From positions 1-43,410 of the forward strand of contig JAPYUB010000002.1 in the NCBI GenBank assembly GCA_029942125.1: a stretch of 43,410 nt of DNA, in the 5' to 3' direction. Both the position numbers and the translations under genes were made by a program. Position 1 is the first letter of the stretch, and every line of letters begins with the position of its first letter. The notes beneath the pieces were generated by a model that ran no database searches, was not told the origin of the DNA, and worked only from the letters and a program-made list of their open reading frames with translations. Below, one piece after another: positions 36,074 through 42,928 of this stretch. The stretch comes from Candidatus Thalassarchaeaceae archaeon (lineage in GTDB: Archaea > Thermoplasmatota > Poseidoniia > Poseidoniales > Thalassarchaeaceae).

Positions 36074-37087
36074 TCATTCGAACAAACGGGAATGCCCGTG
36101 GCGTCCAAGAAGAGCGTCGATGATACCGAGTCCCGCCCCGACCCACAAGGCTCCACTCCACAACAATTGATGCCAGCGTGAAGCGTATAATACACACCAG
36201 AAACCAGTTGTTGAGGCAGCAAGCCACCACAAGAAACTAGTCTGAGGCAACGATAGCAGAAGGGCTATTGCCATACCCAAACCGATGATAGCAATAGGCA
36301 GCATCCAAACAACTTCTTTGGCATCACTCACAAAATCGTGCAAGAGAATGAAGCCATTCGGTTTGCGAACACCATGACGGCCAAAGTGCCTGCGTATTCG
36401 CATGTGGGCGCGAGCGTCACGCCTTCGTTTGAACAAGAAAAGGCGTAATGAGGACTCGGCAACGTGATGCACAACGGCAGCGGGGGCATGGACGATGACA
36501 CCGCCCGTCTGAAGCAATCTCAAACTGACTTCCATGTCTTCTGCATGATACCATTGTGGATTGAATCCCCCAACCTCAATCAATGCCTCTCGATTAAACA
36601 TCGAACAGGGGCCATTAGCAAGACTTGTGAGTCTTGGTCTTCCCATGTACTTGCGAGCAATTGAACGAGCTCGAAGTCGACTGGTCGCGGTATCGCCTTC
36701 GTCAAAGATGGTGCGACCAGTCACAGCCAACACTTGTTCATCATCAAGTCCATCACTGACTTGGAACATCTCAGAAATCCAATACGGATCCGGACGGCAA
36801 TCGATATCAGTGATGGCAACCCACTCGCCCTCTGAATGTTCAAGGGCCAATTTACGACCTGCTGATAGACCGATTGGAGATTGTTTGAGGACGGTCACCC
36901 GGATGCCTTCGTGTTCCCCTTCCCAAGATTCCAGTTTTGCCAATCCCCCATCGGTTGATCCATCATCGACGGCAATAATCTCCAAGGGACGATAGGTTTG
37001 TTTGACGAGGGAATGAAGACAATCATCCACCCAATGCTCTGCGTTGCGCATGCATACTGTAAGGCTGATTAATGGCCCATCAGACAT
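36074..37087 (-). CDS. Family 2 glycosyltransferase with C-terminal TM helices
   Basis: ISLTVCMRNAEHWVDDCLHSLVKQTYRPLEIIAVDDGSTDG and the DxD-like ITDIDCRPD. ATG 37087 follows AGGTGA and lies 4 nt after the upstream stop. Confidence 0.8.
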   Translation of the reverse strand: MSDGPLISLTVCMRNAEHWVDDCLHSLVKQTYRPLEIIAVDDGSTDGGLAKLESWEGEHEGIRVTVLKQSPIGLSAGRKLALEHSEGEWVAITDIDCRPDPYWISEMFQVSDGLDDEQVLAVTGRTIFDEGDTATSRLRARSIARKYMGRPRLTSLANGPCSMFNREALIEVGGFNPQWYHAEDMEVSLRLLQTGGVIVHAPAAVVHHVAESSLRLFLFKRRRDARAHMRIRRHFGRHGVRKPNGFILLHDFVSDAKEVVWMLPIAIIGLGMAIALLLSLPQTSFLWWLAASTTGFWCVLYASRWHQLLWSGALWVGAGLGIIDALLGRHGHSRLFE

Positions 37088-37091
37088 ATGT

Positions 37092-38096
37092 TCACCTGAC
37101 TTCAAAAGCATCCAGTAATGCGCGACATCTCTCTTTTGTTGATTCGTCAGTCACTCGAAGAACCACGCCTGCAGAGGGTTGCCCATAGAGAACAACTGTG
37201 CCAAGTGGTGCAAGAAGATGAATCATGATTGGAGCAAGATCTTCTTCACCCTCAACTTCTAACAAGACGGGGCCGCCATCATCTGAAAAAGCGAAATCAA
37301 GCGCTAAATCCGTACATTCAAGCAAGTCGGGGGTCAATTGACCGGCGGGATTTTCACATGTAAGGTGGCCCACAAAAGAACTCATATCTATTTCACCATC
37401 CCAAGCAGTTCGTTTGGTGAGTCCATCGACAAAACCAACATCTGGTACCCAGCCCGTTTCCAGCAATGCATTCACTGTGACATCCCCAACTGCAATCAAA
37501 CAGGGAGAAAATGCAGGTATGGCCTCGACAGCGGCTCGTATGGCCACCTCGGGAGTATCTTCTGGCCCTGGAAACAGTGTCCCCATGGGTTCTTTCAATT
37601 CTGAATCGAGAGATGTTGGAAGATGAACGGCTCGTTCAAGATCAGATTCACGTATCCACAAATTTCCTTCCCGATTTATGCTTCCTTGACGAATTCGCGA
37701 TGAGGAAATGGCTTTACCATCTTCAGCAAGAACATGAGGAACTTCGACAAATTCCAATGGTGTCAAATCTTCTTCATTTCTCATTTGATTGATTTTTTCA
37801 CAATTCTCTCGTGTTTCAGGGGTGCAAACAATGTGAGTCGCATCACCTCTTGTTGGAGCCGGCCCCCATGAATCTTCCAGAGAATGTGTAGATAGAGAAC
37901 GATCACCGGCCCAATCTGAAATATCGTTCTGACGATCAGATTGAGGTTTAATCCGAGGATCTTTCTCTACAGCAATGGCATCCGATGTCACCCATACCTC
38001 GACGGAATCGCAACTCAATGCGGCCTCAAGTAGAGCTTGATGGCCAGCATGAAAGCAATCGAAAGTCCCGCCGACAAGGCAAAGTGTTGCGCTCAT
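37092..38096 (-). CDS. Fusion protein: archaeal phosphopantetheine adenylyltransferase (N-terminal) plus DUF359-type GTP-dependent dephospho-CoA kinase (C-terminal)
   Basis: The N-terminal cytidylyltransferase motif is LVGGTFDCFHAGHQALL. The C-terminal half reads IAVGDVTVNALLETGWVPDVGFVDGLTKR...LLEVEGEEDLAPIMIHLLAPLGTVVLYGQPSAGVVLRV, which matches what I recall of the DUF359 / T. kodakarensis TK1697 family. Confidence 0.8.
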   Translation of the reverse strand: MSATLCLVGGTFDCFHAGHQALLEAALSCDSVEVWVTSDAIAVEKDPRIKPQSDRQNDISDWAGDRSLSTHSLEDSWGPAPTRGDATHIVCTPETRENCEKINQMRNEEDLTPLEFVEVPHVLAEDGKAISSSRIRQGSINREGNLWIRESDLERAVHLPTSLDSELKEPMGTLFPGPEDTPEVAIRAAVEAIPAFSPCLIAVGDVTVNALLETGWVPDVGFVDGLTKRTAWDGEIDMSSFVGHLTCENPAGQLTPDLLECTDLALDFAFSDDGGPVLLEVEGEEDLAPIMIHLLAPLGTVVLYGQPSAGVVLRVTDESTKERCRALLDAFEVR

Positions 38097-38104
38097 CAAT
38101 TGAT

Positions 38105-38450
38105 TGGGGCCATTCGCAGTCTTTCAATCCGGCGGAAGAGAAAGTGTGCCCCGGGACGTAACGGACCATTTCATCGCCGTAGCTCGTGATCCTGACCCAG
38201 TCCCAGGGCATGTGTCGGACCGGGGGGTTGTCCCATGAATCATCCTATCGTCATCTGGGGACCCATAACCCGGTTCGTTGCCCACCCGCTTGCACCGACG
38301 TTTCATTCCCAAAAGGGTCCAGTCGGTCTTCGATGGGGTGGGTTAGGCCCAGCATTGGTACCGAAGATCATCGCCCAACCCGGCGTCGGGAGGGCTCACA
38401 GCGGTGTTGCAGCCGGGCAAACCGACCGAGGGGGGTGGGTTTATTGAATT
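38105..38450 (-). ncRNA. Unclassified structured RNA candidate (RNase P RNA or SRP RNA size class); strand tentative
   Basis: This block is GC-rich with only short, implausible ORFs. Four consecutive nested helices can be drawn by hand:
- 38148..38157 pairs with 38200..38209 (10 bp).
- 38219..38224 pairs with 38269..38274, enclosing 38230..38234 paired with 38258..38262.
- 38281..38287 pairs with 38336..38342, enclosing 38294..38299 paired with 38322..38327 and CCC-AAAA-GGG.
- 38378..38384 pairs with 38412..38418.

Two positions are G-U on the minus strand but A-C on the plus strand, which favours the minus strand. AATAAA on the minus strand at 38440..38445 could be a TATA box. Confidence 0.45.
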
Positions 38451-38456
38451 CATGTA

Positions 38457-41108
38457 TCAGAAATCCATTGGATTTCGAGATAACTCCACATGCCATCCAG
38501 ATAACAATTTTGCCAATCTAGCTGCGATTCGAGCATCCCCCTTGGTCGTTTGAATGACTTCAGTAGGTGGCCACCTATGGGTCGGGATTGCCAACCAACC
38601 GACCATCGGGTGGGTACGGCCGAAGATGGGCGTTGTCAGATCACGGCTGGACCGAAGTGCATCACTGAGATCACGAATCATACGTGAGCCAGGCAATTCT
38701 TCTGACCACTGATTGTGGTCTGTCAATCGTTCCAATCGAGCGAGAAGGGTTCGACGCACACCTCCGTGTTGAGTAGATGAATGGCCTGGGATGAAATGAA
38801 TCTCCCCTTCTGGTCGAAGAATCAAAGCAGGCCATGCAATGTCCATTTCAGCAATGAAAGAGATGCTATCAGGGTCATCGGATAATGCTGTGAGAATAAT
38901 CTCGGCAACTGGTGCCCACCATTCCTCAGGTAATCGCTCGACGATGAGAGCCATCACCGATGTATTCGGACGATTACTGGTTGTATACCAATCATCCAAG
39001 ATTGCCCAGAGATGCAAATCATGATCTTGGGGTTTTGAAAAACCAGTGGAACGAGCGTTAAGACGCCAATCTTCTGATTCGGATTGCATTTTCTCTGGAT
39101 ATTGAGTGGACAGCCAATCCAATCCAGAAATCACGGCTGAACAACGAGCAGGGGGGTCCTCTAGGAAACGGTCAATGCCCCAATTCGCAAGATCTGCTTG
39201 CAGTTCTGATGTCAACCAAGCGACTTCCGACAAGAGTATGTGTGCGACCCATGCTGCCTCATTTGGAGACGATGATTCAGATGATTGGCGAAGATTATGT
39301 GCCAATTCTGGATTGCCGCGAATGCGGCTTCGGATTTCTTCAACCAATTGTTGACGCCATTCAGATGGGGCCTGAATGATTGCTTTGCTCAGGGCTTCAT
39401 TGGGGATGTCATCTGATTTCATCAAATCAATCCAGTCATCTCCCAACTTTGTTCTGATTCGTTCCCATCTTGGCCATCGATCTGCCGGCGTGGAAGCAAT
39501 CCATGCGACGAGAGGGTGTTGGGTTTCCATACCATTCGCCCATTCCGAATCACCCAACGGATAACTGAGTACAGCAGCTCGCAACAATCGCTCTTCATTC
39601 TCATCAACAGACAAATTGGGAATCAAACTCCCTTCGGGATGACCACCCAGTGATATCTTCGCAGATTCAACCTCAGATGCTTGAAGAGGGGGTGTCCATA
39701 TGACTTCGTCCAACAATGCTTCCGTAGAAACTGCGGGTACGAGATTAACGGGGACCATGGGGCCTTCAAACAATTTCAATCTCGACCACATTGAAGGCAA
39801 AACAGGATGAGGATGAATTAGATTGGATTCTGGGGGATTTTGCCAATCTGTGGATAGGACCAATCGCACATGATTGGGAAGACGCGAAGCGGGAAACACC
39901 GCTTGACTACTGGGCCGGGCCTCAATGACCAAAGCAAAATCTGATTGTTGAAGGATCCACTCAATGAGAGATTTTTCGGCTTGATTGGAAAGATTACTAG
40001 TGTCAATCCAATCACCATTTTTGAGAGGGGCAAAAGACCAAGTTGTATCGCCCCAATGTTTTCGAAATCTCTTCCATGTCGCGTCGTCAACTTTGCGACG
40101 CAATCGCGGAGCCCCTGGTTCAGAGAGCGCTTCACGAAGGAGGCGCAATCGTTCCATTCTCTCTGCCGTTCGAAGACGAGGGTGGGCGATCTCCACCCAC
40201 TCTCCAAGTACCTCAAACGGGATGCTTCGAGGGCATACCTCGAAATTAGGACAGGGACCAATGGTTACAGCATTGGGTGATGCGGCGGCCAGTAATGCCT
40301 CTCGACTCATACGATCTAGACCGAGAGCAAGAAGAGGGCCATCCATCCGAATCACCGGTCCTTCAAGGGCCAAAGAACCCAAACGCCATTCTCCTTCTTC
40401 TGGAACACGACTAGGCAATCCACCCTGAATAGAATCCTCGATTTGCCCAAACCATGAACCACTTGAGAGTTGCAGAGATTTGGAACCGTCAATCAATCTG
40501 AATCGTTGCAACCCCCAAATCTGAGATTCTGCGCTCCACGACGATATGTTGCTTGAATCAATCTCAAGAGATGGAGATGACGCTGAAAGGAATGTTTCAG
40601 AACTAACCCATCTAGGTTTTCTTTCCCGTGGATCAATCCAAGTCCAAGCATCCTCAGTGGAACCTGCACGAGTGACATCTAAGGGTTGATTCGGAAGTGC
40701 AATAGGGCCATCGTTAGGTCGGCGAACAAAAGCGAGAAGTAAGTGATTACCAGTCACGGAAATCAATCTCCCTAGTGCTCCTTCCGGTGGTGTTTCTACG
40801 GTCAAATCTTGAATTCTGGCGATTTCATCGACTCGTAAAGTATCCCATCCAAGAGCAGTAAGCGCCAAGCATGCGCCTCGTGAACCAATTTCTTCATCGG
40901 AGAAAACCAACTCATCTCTACGAAGTCGTTTCAATTCGGCTGAAGTGTGGGGGAGACGGAGATCTGTTGACGTGGCGATTTGGGTTACTGTTGCACGTCC
41001 TTCGGATAATCGCTCCAGAATTCGGCGGCGAACGGCGCTTCGGATGCGCTTCACAGGTAACGCAGGAGGAGTCTGTTGCTCTTCTTCGGAACTCGGATCA
41101 TCAGCCAT
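38457..41108 (-). CDS. Large (about 883 aa) protein with an N-terminal ArsR-like winged-helix DNA-binding domain; function unknown
   Basis: The N-terminus RRRILERLSEGRATVTQIATSTDLRLPHTSAELKRLRRDELV has an HTH/wH pattern. The remaining ~780 aa are Trp/Leu/Arg-rich with no motif I recognise. I preferred ATG 41108 over the track's TTG 41114. Confidence 0.7.
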   Translation of the reverse strand: MADDPSSEEEQQTPPALPVKRIRSAVRRRILERLSEGRATVTQIATSTDLRLPHTSAELKRLRRDELVFSDEEIGSRGACLALTALGWDTLRVDEIARIQDLTVETPPEGALGRLISVTGNHLLLAFVRRPNDGPIALPNQPLDVTRAGSTEDAWTWIDPRERKPRWVSSETFLSASSPSLEIDSSNISSWSAESQIWGLQRFRLIDGSKSLQLSSGSWFGQIEDSIQGGLPSRVPEEGEWRLGSLALEGPVIRMDGPLLALGLDRMSREALLAAASPNAVTIGPCPNFEVCPRSIPFEVLGEWVEIAHPRLRTAERMERLRLLREALSEPGAPRLRRKVDDATWKRFRKHWGDTTWSFAPLKNGDWIDTSNLSNQAEKSLIEWILQQSDFALVIEARPSSQAVFPASRLPNHVRLVLSTDWQNPPESNLIHPHPVLPSMWSRLKLFEGPMVPVNLVPAVSTEALLDEVIWTPPLQASEVESAKISLGGHPEGSLIPNLSVDENEERLLRAAVLSYPLGDSEWANGMETQHPLVAWIASTPADRWPRWERIRTKLGDDWIDLMKSDDIPNEALSKAIIQAPSEWRQQLVEEIRSRIRGNPELAHNLRQSSESSSPNEAAWVAHILLSEVAWLTSELQADLANWGIDRFLEDPPARCSAVISGLDWLSTQYPEKMQSESEDWRLNARSTGFSKPQDHDLHLWAILDDWYTTSNRPNTSVMALIVERLPEEWWAPVAEIILTALSDDPDSISFIAEMDIAWPALILRPEGEIHFIPGHSSTQHGGVRRTLLARLERLTDHNQWSEELPGSRMIRDLSDALRSSRDLTTPIFGRTHPMVGWLAIPTHRWPPTEVIQTTKGDARIAARLAKLLSGWHVELSRNPMDF

Positions 41109-41191
41109 ACTCAATCACATCAGTTACACTACGGTAAGCGTTCTCAGGTGGGTCTAGCAAATGATTCTACTTCAATGATTCTATTTGTTAC

Positions 41192-41292
41192 ATTTAGTTA
41201 CGCATTTCCAGTGGAATATGCGACAGTGTAGAATTGAAAGTGGGGATTCCCCTACTTAGTGTGCGTTTTCCCGTATCTTTACGTAACTAAAT
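41192..41292. repeat. 11-bp inverted repeat ATTTAGTTACG / CGTAACTAAAT bracketing an ORB-core-like dyad
   Basis: The arms are at 41192..41202 and 41282..41292. Between them lie TTCCAGTGGAA (41206..41216) and GGGGA-T-TCCCC (41242..41252). Just upstream is the direct repeat ATGATTCTA x2 (41161..41169 and 41175..41183). Confidence 0.85.
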
Positions 41293-41410
41293 AGAAAAAG
41301 CCGCCGTTAGGGTTATATGAACGGCAGCAATCGCTCGCAACAGACGGCATGAGTACCCTCACCGGAAGCAGAGTGCCGCTAGGAAAATTATACAAAAAGG
41401 AGGAGATGAG

Positions 41411-41707
41411 ATGAAGACCGTACGAATTCGAGAGAAAATTAAGGCGTTCCTAGCAGAACGTCCACGCAATACAGCAGAAATTCTTGAGCACATCAACAGC
41501 ACCATGCGACATGGCACGACCAGTCAGCAGTTGGGAAATGTTCTCAGCAAAGACAAGGACATTGTCAAGGTAGGATACATCAAGCGCTCAGGCATTCTTT
41601 CCGGCGGATACGACATCTGTGAATGGGCAACCCGCATCTGGGTCTCCGACAACTATCCTGAATGGGATGGCGACGGACCCATCCTCATGGATCGCGACAG
41701 ACGCTGA
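41411..41707 (+). CDS. Small (98 aa) winged-helix-like protein
   Basis: There is a strong AAGGAGGAG motif upstream of the ATG. IKAFLAERPRNTAEILEHINSTMRHGTTSQQLGNVLSKDKDIVKVGY resembles a wHTH. A hairpin terminator follows. Confidence 0.7.
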   Translation: MKTVRIREKIKAFLAERPRNTAEILEHINSTMRHGTTSQQLGNVLSKDKDIVKVGYIKRSGILSGGYDICEWATRIWVSDNYPEWDGDGPILMDRDRR

Positions 41708-41724
41708 TTCAGATAACACAACAG

Positions 41725-41768
41725 CCGGGCACCTGGGGCTTCGGCCCTAGGTTGCTCGGCATTTTTTT
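41725..41768 (+). terminator. Intrinsic-terminator-like hairpin plus T7 tract
   Basis: CCGGGCACCTGGGGC-TTCG-GCCCTAGGTTGCTCGG (15 pairs including two G-U wobbles that only work on the plus strand, and one bulge), followed by ATTTTTTTG. It lies between the convergent small wH gene and the aldolase gene. Confidence 0.7.
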
Positions 41769-41784
41769 GTTTCAGAACAACTGA

Positions 41785-42843
41785 TTAGGATTCAAGACTG
41801 ATGTCCCAATCTCCACTTCGAGCGAGAGAATTCATCTTAGCTCGATGTGCAAAGGCCGCTTGGCTGGCCTGTGATCCTTCCTCGGCCCATGCCCTTAGAG
41901 CGCTGGCTTGGAGTGCCCGGCCATACGAATACGATAATTGCCAAGGATGTCCGACATCCATGGAATTCATCAAATTAAGATGAGCAGTTGCATCCTCGTC
42001 GGATTGACCACCTGACAAGAAAACAATTCCACCAACATCGTGCGGCACAGATGCTGTGAGACACTCGACAGTGGATGCCGCGACATCTTCACGCATGGTT
42101 TGTTTGTTACATCCCTTTCCTGCGATGATCATGTTCGGTTTGAGTAATGCACCTGCTAAGTGTACACCTTGATTCTTACATTCTTCGAAGGTTTGCTGGA
42201 GAATCAGTGTAGTGACAACAAAGCAGTCTTTGTCGTTATGAGTACCGTCCATTAGAACCTCAGGCTCGATAATAGGGACAAGCCCCTGTTCCTGGCAAAT
42301 TGCTGCGTAACGAGCCAAAGCATGTGCATTGGTTGACATGCAAGCTTCGCTTGGAGTACCATCTCCAATCTTGATGACAGCACGCCATTTGGCAAACCGC
42401 GCGCCCATAGAGAAATATTCTGCGCAACGTTCACGTAGCCCATCTAGACCCTCAGTAATCTTCTCACCATGATAGCCAGCCAGTTCCTTGGCACCAGTAT
42501 CGACTTTGATTCCTGGAATGATACCGCGGGAAGCCAGATATTCAGGAATCGGTGTACCTTCGTCCATTGTCTGCCGAATGGTTTCATCGAATAGGATGAC
42601 TCCACTGACTGCTGATTCACAACCTAGTGTTGCGAACAAGTTGGCACGGTATGCTCGACGGACTTCTTCACTGGATTCAAGACCAACTGCTTCAAGTCGG
42701 TTTGACATCGTTCCATTGCTCTCATCTGCTGCGAGAATTCCCTTACCGGGTGCGACCAATGCGGCTGCTGTGGCTTCAAGAAGTGCTTTGTCCATAAACG
42801 GGGGATGTTGGAGACATCCTTCAAACCACCGTTGAAGCAGCAT
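41785..42843 (-). CDS. fba: Fructose-bisphosphate aldolase, class I (eukaryote/bacterial 'Glycolytic' family, not the archaeal DhnA type)
   Basis: GKGILAADESNGTMSNRLE, GVILFDETIRQ, the Schiff-base lysine context ALLKPNMI, and FLSGGQS. The start is ATG 42843; TTG 42849 and ATG 42795 are alternatives. Confidence 0.85.
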   Translation of the reverse strand: MLLQRWFEGCLQHPPFMDKALLEATAAALVAPGKGILAADESNGTMSNRLEAVGLESSEEVRRAYRANLFATLGCESAVSGVILFDETIRQTMDEGTPIPEYLASRGIIPGIKVDTGAKELAGYHGEKITEGLDGLRERCAEYFSMGARFAKWRAVIKIGDGTPSEACMSTNAHALARYAAICQEQGLVPIIEPEVLMDGTHNDKDCFVVTTLILQQTFEECKNQGVHLAGALLKPNMIIAGKGCNKQTMREDVAASTVECLTASVPHDVGGIVFLSGGQSDEDATAHLNLMNSMDVGHPWQLSYSYGRALQASALRAWAEEGSQASQAAFAHRAKMNSLARSGDWDISLES

Positions 42844-42928
42844 CGTCAATAATCAATAATTTTCAACAAAACAATAGCATCATAAATCGAATAGTGAAAG
42901 TGACTGCGTGGCGAAAGTCAGACGTGTA

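Noticed and set aside
38124-38521. Overlapping ORFs in the GC-rich block (38124..38312 minus, 38186..38521 plus, 38235..38447 plus) as possible small proteins.
   Set aside because: The products are Arg/Gly/Pro/Thr-rich. They overlap each other on both strands, as expected for random ORFs in GC-rich sequence, and the region folds into consecutive helices. It is better explained as RNA.
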